64,000 nt of DNA from Candidatus Borrarchaeum weybense (GTDB lineage: Archaea > Asgardarchaeota > Sifarchaeia > Borrarchaeales > Borrarchaeaceae), in contig JAHQJS010000004.1 in NCBI GenBank assembly GCA_019057385.1, forward strand, positions 1 to 64,000. Reading direction: 5' to 3'. Below are positions 28,284 through 37,724 of the stretch, in pieces; position 1 is the stretch's first letter; every line of letters begins with the position of its first letter. Under the pieces are notes generated by a model that was given only the letters and a program-made list of their open reading frames with translations, ran no database searches and was not told the DNA's origin. A program made the translations under genes and the position numbers.

Positions 28284-29852
28284 TTATGTACCCAACTGAA
28301 ATTGCGATATCTCTTTGAAGATATCATTGAGCGCCCAATACGTCTTTTTATACGTCTTGTAGAGTTTTGTATAGGTGTCTAAATTCTTTTCATCTGGCAT
28401 TAGGACTTCTTCTTTGAATTTTACGAATTTCTGTACTGCATCATCCACTGATTTGTATAATTTCACTCCTACTGCAGCGAGTACAATTGCCCCTATGGTT
28501 GAAACGTCTTCACTTACGGGTGATACAATAGGTTTTCCTAGAGTGTCGGCTTTGATCTTTCTCCAAAGTGCACTCCGAGAGCCTCCACCAGTAGCAATTA
28601 TTTTACTTACAGGAAAGCCTAATTCCTCGAATCGCTCGATAACATCACGGGCATAATACGTACTGCCTTCCATAATCGCTCGTGCAAAGTGTGCTCTGGT
28701 ATGTCCAAGAGTGAAACCAAGAAATGTACCTCGTGCAGTCGAACTCCATTCTGGTGTTATAGATCCTGTGGTCCAAGGAAGGAATATGAGTCCTTCACTA
28801 CCAGGCGGGATCGCCGCTGCCTTTTCATCTATGATCCAATAAGGATCGACCTCTTTACCTGGTTCGCTTAATCTTTCGGCTTCTCTTATTTCTTCATGCG
28901 AAAATTGGTCTCTGAACCAGCGAAGATTGGCTCCTACAGCCATTCCAGGACTTTCTAAAATCCATCGCTTTGGGTCGCCATGATTGTGCATCTCAAGTAC
29001 TTCGTTTGGATCTATGACAGACTCATCTATCGAAATAAGGATTGGTTCGGCACCACCTGTGATGTCACAGACTTCACCACTCTGCAAAGCACCTGCACCT
29101 ACAACCGCAACCTCCTCATCTCCACCTCCGGCTACTACTGGAGTTCCTGGTTTTAGCCCCATCTCATTAGCTACTTCAGAACTAATTTCGCCAATGACTT
29201 CTGTCGAAGGCACTACATCAGGTAATATACCAAAATCTATACCAGTTTCGCTCACAATTTTTTCTGACCAGATCCTCTTATGTACATTCCAGACCAACGT
29301 GCAAGAGGCAAGTGTATACTCGGTAACGAATCTCCCTGTCAATTTTAGTAAAATGAAATCATTCGGGTTCAAGATTTTATGCGTTTTACCGTAGATTTCA
29401 GGTTCAAATTCTTTTAACCATAAGATCTTAGGTAATATATGATAAGAGTCGATTGTAAGTCCAGTAATTTCATGGAGTTCTTTACCATTATCACCAAATA
29501 TTTCCCTTAATTCTTTAGCTTGGTCATCCGATCGCCTATCTAAATAAAGTATCGAGTTGTAAAGCGGTTCACCATTCTTATCAACAGCTGTACAACCATC
29601 AGTCTGACTATCTGAAACGACAGCCGCGATATCTGCATTATTAATGCCACTTTTTTCAACTGCCTTTCTAACCGTAGTCTTAGCGGCTTCCCACCAAAGA
29701 TTTGGATCCGTTTCAGCCCAGATGGGTAATGGAGTTAAAACAGGATAATCTTGGGATGCAGCCGAACTTATAACTCTGCCTTCATCATTACAAATTGTTA
29801 CTTTAAGTCCAGTTGTTCCAACATCTATGGCAACAAGATAACAAGAAGACAT
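28284..29852 (-). CDS. FGGY-family carbohydrate kinase (xylulokinase-like)
   Basis: AIDVGTTGLK, LPKILWLKE, GGGD, RAIMEG, GGGSRS; start at MSSCY after SD GAGGGAG. Confidence 0.9.
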   Translation of the reverse strand: MSSCYLVAIDVGTTGLKVTICNDEGRVISSAASQDYPVLTPLPIWAETDPNLWWEAAKTTVRKAVEKSGINNADIAAVVSDSQTDGCTAVDKNGEPLYNSILYLDRRSDDQAKELREIFGDNGKELHEITGLTIDSYHILPKILWLKEFEPEIYGKTHKILNPNDFILLKLTGRFVTEYTLASCTLVWNVHKRIWSEKIVSETGIDFGILPDVVPSTEVIGEISSEVANEMGLKPGTPVVAGGGDEEVAVVGAGALQSGEVCDITGGAEPILISIDESVIDPNEVLEMHNHGDPKRWILESPGMAVGANLRWFRDQFSHEEIREAERLSEPGKEVDPYWIIDEKAAAIPPGSEGLIFLPWTTGSITPEWSSTARGTFLGFTLGHTRAHFARAIMEGSTYYARDVIERFEELGFPVSKIIATGGGSRSALWRKIKADTLGKPIVSPVSEDVSTIGAIVLAAVGVKLYKSVDDAVQKFVKFKEEVLMPDEKNLDTYTKLYKTYKKTYWALNDIFKEISQFQLGT

Positions 29853-29903
29853 GGATACTCCCTCACTGGTTATTAAGCTCATTATATCGTGAGGATCATA
29901 TAT

Positions 29904-29945
29904 AATACAATCTACAATACAATCTACAATCAATCTACAATCTAA
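29904..29945. repeat. Tandem CAATCTA/CAATA repeat in the divergent promoter region
   Basis: AATACAATCTAC AATACAATCTAC AATCAATCTAC AATCTAA. Confidence 0.75.
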
Positions 29946-29948
29946 TTT

Positions 29949-31022
29949 ATGGTGAAGAAAATGAAAATACTCATTGCTGGAGATGATTTCACACCAGCGT
30001 TGATGTTTAAAGAAGAAATAGAAAAAAAACTCGCGCCTTTAGGGAAGGATTTGGATTTTGAATTTTTTGATATTGAAATAGATGAAAAATCTGTCGTCAA
30101 AGGACTACCAGGGATAAAGGAATATTTTGGAACCCCACAAGAGATAATAGATAAAATCAATGGCGTAGAGATTCTGGTCATCACATTTGCTCCGATCACA
30201 GAAGAAGTATTGGAGGCCGCAGACAAATTGCGAGTTATAGGATGCGGACGGGGTGGTCCAGTTAACGTTGATGTTGGTGCTGCGACTAAGCGAGGTATAC
30301 CCGTTTTAAATACCCCTGGAAGAAATGCGGATGCAGTTGCTGATTTTACTCTTGGTTTGATCATTGCTTTAGTTCGAAATATTGTGACAGCTCATAATTG
30401 GATTAAAAAGGGTGACTGGGTGACTCCTCGAGAAGACACATTTGAAAAACCGACAGGACCTGAATTGAATGGTCGGGTTTTAGGATTACTCGGGGTAGGA
30501 GCTGTAGGAGCATTAGTCGCGAAAAGAGCGAAACCGTTTGGTTTAGATGTTTGGGGATACGACCCATTCATTCCAAAAGAACGGTTCGATGAAATTGGCG
30601 TACGAAAAATGGAAGACATAAATGAATTGATTAAAGGAGCAGATATTATCAGTGTGCACGCGAGGCTTCCAAAAGGCTCAAAACCACTCATTTCATCAAG
30701 AGAATTTGATAAAATGAAAGCAACAGCGTACTTGATAAACACTGCAAGATCTGTTTGCGTAGATCAAGAAGCACTGGTGAACGCACTGCAGGATAAAAAG
30801 ATAGCAGGCGCCGCGTTAGATGTCTACAACACAGAGCCAATGGATTATCCTAATGATCCATTATTAAAACTAGATAATATACTACTTACTCCTCATGCCG
30901 CAGGTGTGTCTAATGATATTCCCCGCAGAACTGGAATGATGATCGCTGAAGGACTAAGGCAATTTCTAAGTCAGGGGACCGCACCTTACGTGGTCAATCG
31001 TGAAGTTTTAAAAGGACAATAA
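29949..31022 (+). CDS. D-isomer-specific 2-hydroxyacid dehydrogenase (PGDH-like)
   Basis: GVGAVG, INTAR, LDVYNTEP, TPHAAG. Confidence 0.92.
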   Translation: MVKKMKILIAGDDFTPALMFKEEIEKKLAPLGKDLDFEFFDIEIDEKSVVKGLPGIKEYFGTPQEIIDKINGVEILVITFAPITEEVLEAADKLRVIGCGRGGPVNVDVGAATKRGIPVLNTPGRNADAVADFTLGLIIALVRNIVTAHNWIKKGDWVTPREDTFEKPTGPELNGRVLGLLGVGAVGALVAKRAKPFGLDVWGYDPFIPKERFDEIGVRKMEDINELIKGADIISVHARLPKGSKPLISSREFDKMKATAYLINTARSVCVDQEALVNALQDKKIAGAALDVYNTEPMDYPNDPLLKLDNILLTPHAAGVSNDIPRRTGMMIAEGLRQFLSQGTAPYVVNREVLKGQ

Positions 31023-31040
31023 AGGCGTAGAAGCGCCTTT
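31021..31040. terminator. Hairpin between convergent genes
   Basis: AAAGGCGT-AGAA-GCGCCTTT. Confidence 0.5.
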
Positions 31041-31059
31041 CTTACTTTTGCTTTTAGTA

Positions 31060-31737
31060 TCACTTTAATACTTCAAGGACTGCGTTTATATTTTCTTTGA
31101 TTGTATCGCCTGGAACAAAAATACCGTCTTGTATTGCGCCGCCGATTGTAAAAGTCCATACGTCAAGTTCTTTCATTTTTTCAATACGTTCATAACTGTT
31201 AATACTGCCTGCTATAATTAATGGGAGTCCTACGGCTTTTTGAACTTCTTGTATGAGTAATGGGACTTCTGACGCAGGTTCACGTCTATAAGCTAAAAGG
31301 TTGATGCCGGCAATGCCCTTTTTCTTCACCATTTTGCCTTCTTTTGCTATTTCTTCGATACTACCCTCAAGAATGCAGGGATGCCCTACAATCTGTCCGA
31401 TATATGGAAAAAATTCTATTTCGGTTCCGGCAAGCGCCTGCATAGAAGAATCAATAAATGTTCCGCCGCACACAAAATCAACCCCTAGGTCCACAGCCAT
31501 TTTTGTCGATCTAAGATTCAATTCTTCCGACTCGCTTACGATTTCGATAAATATTTCCATGTCCGTTTCACGTAATTTTGCCATTAAAGTCTTGTACTTA
31601 TCAACAGGAAGACCACCTTCTTGAGGATCTTTGAATCCAATATATCTAAGATTAGTATCCATTATCTCATCTACGACTTCAAGCGCATTCGGTATAGTTA
31701 CATCATCTTTTGTCAACATGTAAATTAGATCTGTCAT
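31060..31737 (-). CDS. Uncharacterised ribulose-phosphate-binding TIM-barrel protein
   Basis: MLTKDDVT..A, IGFKD, LLAYR, IAGSI, FTIGGA; ATG follows SD GGAGGT. Confidence 0.7.
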   Translation of the reverse strand: MTDLIYMLTKDDVTIPNALEVVDEIMDTNLRYIGFKDPQEGGLPVDKYKTLMAKLRETDMEIFIEIVSESEELNLRSTKMAVDLGVDFVCGGTFIDSSMQALAGTEIEFFPYIGQIVGHPCILEGSIEEIAKEGKMVKKKGIAGINLLAYRREPASEVPLLIQEVQKAVGLPLIIAGSINSYERIEKMKELDVWTFTIGGAIQDGIFVPGDTIKENINAVLEVLK

Positions 31738-32763
31738 TTGAAATACCTCCAAAATTAGATTTAGCATCAATTTCTCTTTTAAATTTTAAATTTTTTAGAA
31801 TCGTGATAATGAAGAAGGGCACAGACCAAACGAAATATTGTTTAAAGGTAATCCAATAAAATGAAATCGCTACAATGAAAACCAGAAAGCCAATTAAATA
31901 GATATCAAACCTTCTAAATTTGATGTAGACAATTATAAGCATCAGACACAGACTTATTACGCTTACAATTGTGGAATAAGGTCTCTGAATTTGACCGAAG
32001 ATACCATATCCTGGATGCCCAGCAGGTCCTCTACCCAATACGTTGTAGGTTAAAGACTGAAAATAATCAAATGGTGTAAGTAGAAAGGGTAGGCTTAGAA
32101 TTAAAAATAAGCCAATGATAATTAAAAGATTCCGAACGCGATTGCGCGATTTATAAAGGAAAATAGGTAAGATCAGAATAGGCACAGGTTTAATCATCGT
32201 ACTTATAGTAAAGAGAATAGTAGCCTCTATTTCGTTTCCTTTTTCTAGCCAGAAAAATGCAAGCAACAAAATAGTAACATAACTACCTCATATTTTGCAT
32301 TAGTGCTACTATTGAGAACAAATGGATTAAAAACCCAAATTGCTAAGCCAAGAAAAGAATTCCAAAACTGTCCATTGTCTAAAATTTTGTAAATAACTAG
32401 TCCGGTCAATATATCCATGCAAAATAGAAAATAATGTGTTATTGTTAAATGAGGCACACCAACCAGTGTACTGATGATATACAATGCTGCTGATAAATAA
32501 AGATGTAATGAAGGTTTTGATGTGTAAGCTGTTGTTCCAAAAACAGCATAGACATTGTTTCCTGCAATGAATTCTTTTGCTGCAGCATGAAGTGCTGGAA
32601 AATCATCTGGGGTTGGAGGTTTGTAACGAATCACGAGTAATCTAAAGATGAAAGCTGTAACACAACAAATACTAATTGCAAAAAGTCGGAAGAGTTTATT
32701 CGAGATAATATAATCCAGAAATAATTCTACTTTTAATACAATTTCCGAAAGAGCAGTCTTCAT
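31703..32763 (-). pseudogene. GT-C (GT87/PIG-M-like) membrane glycosyltransferase split by a frameshift near 32270
   Basis: N-half (PDDF, NNVY, WVFNP) and C-half (IKPVP, LSLPF, QYFVW) join if one T is added to CTATTTTG. Confidence 0.7.
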
Positions 32764-32883
32764 TTGTTGAACGATTCTGTCAGCTCACATTGATTGTCGG
32801 AAGTGTAACAACTGTATATAAGAATAGTGGCTGCTTCTTCTACTATCACTTATTTTGAACAATTAACCTGTAAAGAGAATATT

Positions 32884-33678
32884 CTACGTTTTTCCTTTAA
32901 AGCACGGAAAGAACCAGATATTACCACCTGAATAACTAGAGTCATATCTAGCAATATCAGCAGCAGTCAGTTCTTTAAGGGCACGTTCAGCACGTTCTTT
33001 TGACCAACCTGCTTGCATGACGTCTGCCAGTGTCAACCAACCTTTTTCTGCTGCAAGATTAAGAATCTCTCGGAGATCATCACTTAGAGCAACATCAACA
33101 AATTCCACAAGCTTAACACCAGATTTCAGCTTTTTTATCCCGGGAATTACTTTTTGTTTCTCAAGTTTCTTTACCGTTTTTTCAACATCTTGAAGCGAAC
33201 TCTTCACACCCATTGTTTTTAATTCCGCCAAGAGTTCTGCAATAGAGACAAAACCTCCTGTCTCGTCTAACTTGTTCTCCCCAATCAACAAGATTTTTTC
33301 AGAGAGTTTATCAAAGTATTTTCCTTTGAAAAGTAAAGGTTTGGCTAGTTTTTCACCAGGAAGCATTGGAGACAATCCTGCTTCGCTTCTCATTTTTCTA
33401 TATTTTTCAAGAACTGCAGTTGGCATGTTGCATACATCAGCTCCAAACTCTTTTTCAATTCTTTCTAAGCCGTTCTTCAACTCTGCAATTCTTTCCAAGT
33501 CTCCTTCTAGTTCTTGGAACTCAAGTTTTTTTTCAAATCCTCTGTATGCATCTTCCATTGGTGAAGATTTATCGATTTTATTACCACATTTAGAACAAAA
33601 TTTTGCATCCTCTGGAAGTGGTGTACCACATTTAGGACAGAATTGGCTCAATAAAACATCCCTTCTTTGTATAAACAA
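32884..33678 (-). CDS. Zinc-ribbon + Vps22/EAP30-like (ESCRT-II winged-helix) protein; probable start TTG at 33651
   Basis: CPKCG...FCSKCG; GGFVSIAELL; GWSKERAERALKEL..ARYD tandem winged helices. Confidence 0.75.
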   Translation of the reverse strand: MFIQRRDVLLSQFCPKCGTPLPEDAKFCSKCGNKIDKSSPMEDAYRGFEKKLEFQELEGDLERIAELKNGLERIEKEFGADVCNMPTAVLEKYRKMRSEAGLSPMLPGEKLAKPLLFKGKYFDKLSEKILLIGENKLDETGGFVSIAELLAELKTMGVKSSLQDVEKTVKKLEKQKVIPGIKKLKSGVKLVEFVDVALSDDLREILNLAAEKGWLTLADVMQAGWSKERAERALKELTAADIARYDSSYSGGNIWFFPCFKGKT

Positions 33679-33706
33679 TCAATAAGGAATTCTTTTCGGA
33701 GAGTAA

Positions 33707-34303
33707 CTATAATTCAGTTTCTTTTTCTTTTTTAGCGGTATCCCGATTTTCTTTGTTTAAATCTTTCATTTCTTCTGATTGGACAGAGTTGGATTCTATT
33801 TCCTGAGAAGGTTCCTCAAGAACGTCAGATTCTATAATTTCTTCCATAAGAGGCGAGGGCAATCCTTGAGTGTCAATCCCTGCTGGAAGGGTGCCAAGTT
33901 TTTCATCAGCCTCTTTTGTTTGTGCAATATGTTGTTCAAGGTTGCTCACAATACCTAATACCTTGGCTGGATCGATGTCTTCAGAAGAAGCTGTTGTTCT
34001 TAAGAGCGCTGAAATCTCAGGTGCCACGATTAAGTAATCTACAAGACTTTCAGCACGGTTGAGTTTGAAAATCTCCTTTTTTATCTCACTTTGTTCGTCT
34101 GTTATTAGTTGACATTCTTCAAGGAGTCTAATAGCTACCTCTTTGTCACCTGCCATTTTAGCTTCTTGTGCGGCTGTGTATTTTGTTCGAAACTGTTTTT
34201 CCAATTGTGCTCTTCGTTTTTCTAACTGGGCAATAGCCTTTTTTAAGGCTACTTGCAGTCGAAATTGTCTTGTCGCGCCGCCTTGTTTTTTCCAAATTCC
34301 CAT
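33707..34303 (-). CDS. ESCRT-III (Snf7-like) helical protein
   Basis: MGIWKK N-terminus, basic helical hairpin (AQEAKMAGDKEVAIRLL), acidic C-terminal half. Confidence 0.6.
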   Translation of the reverse strand: MGIWKKQGGATRQFRLQVALKKAIAQLEKRRAQLEKQFRTKYTAAQEAKMAGDKEVAIRLLEECQLITDEQSEIKKEIFKLNRAESLVDYLIVAPEISALLRTTASSEDIDPAKVLGIVSNLEQHIAQTKEADEKLGTLPAGIDTQGLPSPLMEEIIESDVLEEPSQEIESNSVQSEEMKDLNKENRDTAKKEKETEL

Positions 34304-34472
34304 CGAGATTCCCTTACTCAGTTTTCTCAATAAAAATCAGCACACGGACATTAATAAAAGTTTGTTAGATTTAATTGAGAAATTAGCTTCTACGTTAGAA
34401 TAAATACTCTACAGAATCATTTAAACCGCAATAATTCAATATTCAGAGCGCTTATGCGAAATTAGCTAGATA

Positions 34473-35507
34473 TCATTTTTTAAACACCTGCTCTAATGCA
34501 CGCCATAGATGATCAGATGTTGGTCTCGGTAGATCTCGGTATTTTTTATCCTTTGTAAGAATTTTACGTATTTGTGGGTCTCCTACGAATTCGCCAATTA
34601 TATGCGCAGCTATATTTTCACTCTCTAGTTGTTCTACAATCATTGGGGTCTTTTCTGGGCTCGCCGAAATGATCAAGCAACCAGAACTAATCAGTTGAAA
34701 AGGATCAATTTCGAAAAATTCACAAATAGCTTCTGTTTCACTGGTTATAGGAATTAGCGCTTCTTCTATTTGCAAGCCAATATGAGAGGCATCTGCGATC
34801 TCATGGAGTCCTAAAAATACCCCTCCTTCTGTAGGATCATGCATCGCATTGACACCTCCTACGCTCATTGCGATATGAGCATCTTTCACTACGCTGATTT
34901 GTTCGATGAATTTTTTTGCCTGCAATATAACCGAGTCTTCCAGATGTCCCTTAAGAATGATTTCCATTTCTTCAGCAAGGATTGAGGTGCCTTCCAACCC
35001 AACACTCTTAGTAATAATAATCTGGTCACCAGGTTTTGCACCCTTAGAAGTTACATAATTATCTATTTCAGTTTCACCAACCATGAAACCGACAACAATG
35101 GGTCTACTAATTCCTGGCGTAATTTCCGTATGTCCTCCTGCTACGGTTATATTAAGTTCTTTTGATGCTGCGTCAATTTGAGAAGTAATTTGATCTAAGA
35201 TCTTCCTGTGATCTATTTTCGTTTTCTCGGGTAATAAAATAGTTGTTAAGTACCATAGGGGAATGGCTCCACAGGTTGCAATATCATTTGCATTAATGTG
35301 AACAGAAAGCCATCCAATGCTCTCTAAGCTACCTGTTATGGGATCCGTTGTCACAACAATCACCTTTCCATTCATTTTGATAATTGCTGCGTCTTCACCT
35401 ATGCCAGGCGCAAGTAGAAGACGTGGATTTTGCACCCCCAAGTGTTCGAAAACAATAGTTCGTAAGATATCCATAGGTATTTTTCCGGGAGGGAATGCCA
35501 TTAACAA
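34473..35507 (-). CDS. AIR synthase-related (PurM/HypE/ThiL superfamily) protein
   Basis: GIGEDAA, TDPIT, NANDIA..GA, GGHTE, MHDPTEGG. Confidence 0.88.
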   Translation of the reverse strand: MLMAFPPGKIPMDILRTIVFEHLGVQNPRLLLAPGIGEDAAIIKMNGKVIVVTTDPITGSLESIGWLSVHINANDIATCGAIPLWYLTTILLPEKTKIDHRKILDQITSQIDAASKELNITVAGGHTEITPGISRPIVVGFMVGETEIDNYVTSKGAKPGDQIIITKSVGLEGTSILAEEMEIILKGHLEDSVILQAKKFIEQISVVKDAHIAMSVGGVNAMHDPTEGGVFLGLHEIADASHIGLQIEEALIPITSETEAICEFFEIDPFQLISSGCLIISASPEKTPMIVEQLESENIAAHIIGEFVGDPQIRKILTKDKKYRDLPRPTSDHLWRALEQVFKK

Positions 35508-35621
35508 ACTCCTCCATTATAATCTCTTTTTTGAGAAAGACATATGATTGAAGAAATCTTTTGAAGTACAATCGACTATCTCAAAGAGATTTAAAAATTG
35601 TTATGGGCGTGATGAAACCAA

Positions 35622-36581
35622 TTGAATCAGGAAAATATTCATAGAGTTCGTCTTCCTGTTCCTTTCTTTGTTAGGCATGTTTACGTCCATTTAATTGAAA
35701 ATCATGATAATTCAAGTTTGGTTTTAATCGATTGTGGCCCCGCGACTGAAGAGGCGTTTAACACACTTACCACTTATGTCCAATCTATCGGATACTCCAT
35801 GGATGATATCGAGGCATGCATAGTTACACACTCTCATTATGAACATTATGGCCTGTTTAAAAAAATAAAAGATGAGTGTAATGCACAAATCTTTGCGCAT
35901 CAGAATATGATCACCTCTACGTCTGACTTAAAGGACGATCTTTCGTTGAGATCCGAGTTACTTGTTACAAATGGGATGCCAATAGTAACGGTAAACCAGT
36001 TTCTGAAAACTTATCAAGGCATTATAAAGAATACGCCCATGACTGATATTGATAGAATGTTAACTCACGAAGAATCTATTTTCACAAATTCTCTGAAATT
36101 GCGAATTATTTGGACTCCAGGGCATAGCGCAGATCATATTTGCTTATATAATGAAGAGAAAAGGATAATGTTTACAGGAGATCATATTATCTCAAAGATC
36201 ACGCCACAAATTGGTCATAGATGCGTAGAACAATCAGAAAATCCCCTAAAAACGTATCAACAATCTCTTCAAGAGTTGTTAAACTATGATATTGAAATTG
36301 CTTTCCCAGGCCATAATGAGGCGATTGAAAATCCGCATAAGCGAGTACTAGAGATTTTAAAACATCATAATTCTCGGGAAAGGTGGATTTTAGAAACTCT
36401 AGAGAACAAAAAACTAACAGCATTCGAAATTTCAAAAAGAGTTTTCGGAGAGAATCAACCACTTATTGGAAATATAATTTCTTGTACTGAAACAATTGCG
36501 CATCTTAAATCTCTTAAAGTTAACGAACAAGTTAATGAAATACTCAAAGATGGCATTTATTATTATGAAAAAGTTTCTTAG
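35622..36581 (+). CDS. MBL-fold metallo-hydrolase with C-terminal winged helix
   Basis: IDCG, THSHYEH, TPGHS, GDH, PGH. Confidence 0.88.
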   Translation: MNQENIHRVRLPVPFFVRHVYVHLIENHDNSSLVLIDCGPATEEAFNTLTTYVQSIGYSMDDIEACIVTHSHYEHYGLFKKIKDECNAQIFAHQNMITSTSDLKDDLSLRSELLVTNGMPIVTVNQFLKTYQGIIKNTPMTDIDRMLTHEESIFTNSLKLRIIWTPGHSADHICLYNEEKRIMFTGDHIISKITPQIGHRCVEQSENPLKTYQQSLQELLNYDIEIAFPGHNEAIENPHKRVLEILKHHNSRERWILETLENKKLTAFEISKRVFGENQPLIGNIISCTETIAHLKSLKVNEQVNEILKDGIYYYEKVS

Positions 36582-36597
36582 CGTGAAAAAGAAGAGC

Positions 36598-37104
36598 CTA
36601 TATTTTATCCATAATCTTCTTTAGGTTTTTCTGGTTTTTACGCTTCAGTACAACAAGTTTTCTTGTAGAAGGATTGAATATAGCAAGATTAATCTGACTA
36701 TTAAGAAATCGCTTAAGTGAATCAGGTATTATTTTCCATGTCTCATCAAGAAGACCTAAATGAATAGTACTGCCCATAAAAGAAGAATAAAATAAAACCA
36801 TGCCCACAGATTCAAAGATTTCAGATAAGGATGCCATATGTACTCTTAAAATGATGCATAAGGCGATGTCATCGCGTCTATCTCTCGCAACAAATATGGA
36901 TCTATCCTCAAGGTACTCTTCTTCAACATTCCGAAAATTATGCAATAACGTGGCTTTTAAATCCGCATGTAGTTTATATCTACGATTTTGTTCTTTCAAT
37001 CTTGATCCGGAAGCCACATTTAATTCCTCTACGACTTTAAAATTGAGAATATTACTGCAAATATTGAATGGGAAATCACCTATATGTCTCTTTTGATGAT
37101 TCAA
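36598..37104 (-). CDS. Hypothetical protein
   Basis: Longest ORF in the interval; start uncertain. Confidence 0.55.
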   Translation of the reverse strand: MNHQKRHIGDFPFNICSNILNFKVVEELNVASGSRLKEQNRRYKLHADLKATLLHNFRNVEEEYLEDRSIFVARDRRDDIALCIILRVHMASLSEIFESVGMVLFYSSFMGSTIHLGLLDETWKIIPDSLKRFLNSQINLAIFNPSTRKLVVLKRKNQKNLKKIMDKI

Positions 37105-37337
37105 TAAGAGACGAGAAAAACCAGTTAATATCTCAATGCGCCTTTTAACAAAATCTCTGAGTAAAAATGCAAACCTAGTGAGTTAACAATCCTAAAAAGA
37201 AAACATCCATTAATATCGAATTCTTGATATTTGTATAAAACAATCAAAAATTTGTTTCTAAAATTCTTCATTATTTAAGAACCATTTAGAGCCTGAACGG
37301 AAATAATATCATATAAAATTTAATTTCTAGAAAAATG

Positions 37338-37562
37338 CTATAACGCATCATTATTAGGTTCGAAATATTGAGAACTTTTTTTTATACGAACCAATGATGT
37401 TAAATAACCCGCTATCCTATTTCTTAGTTTTTTGGACTGCAAGTCTAATATTTGATCTAACAGTTCCTTATTTTTTTCAAAATCATCTTCAATCAAATGG
37501 TCGTAAGTTTCCAAGATTTTTTTAGAGATATTTTTGATATGTGATGGTCTAATCTTTCCCAA
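37338..37562 (-). CDS. rps17e: 30S ribosomal protein S17e
   Basis: MGKIRP..IK, DFEKNK, SKKLRNRIAGY. Confidence 0.97.
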   Translation of the reverse strand: MGKIRPSHIKNISKKILETYDHLIEDDFEKNKELLDQILDLQSKKLRNRIAGYLTSLVRIKKSSQYFEPNNDAL

Positions 37563-37724
37563 GAAGCAACAACTCCATTTATTCCTTAGGTGTTTCAGTC
37601 ACTCGTCTAAGTACACAATTCTTTTAATAATATTTTCTTTAAAGGAATGATTGAAAAGTTGCATCTACTTTTTTAAGCAAAAAAATTGACTGCATTCTTA
37701 AAAAAATTTGTAGTGTGAGAATCT

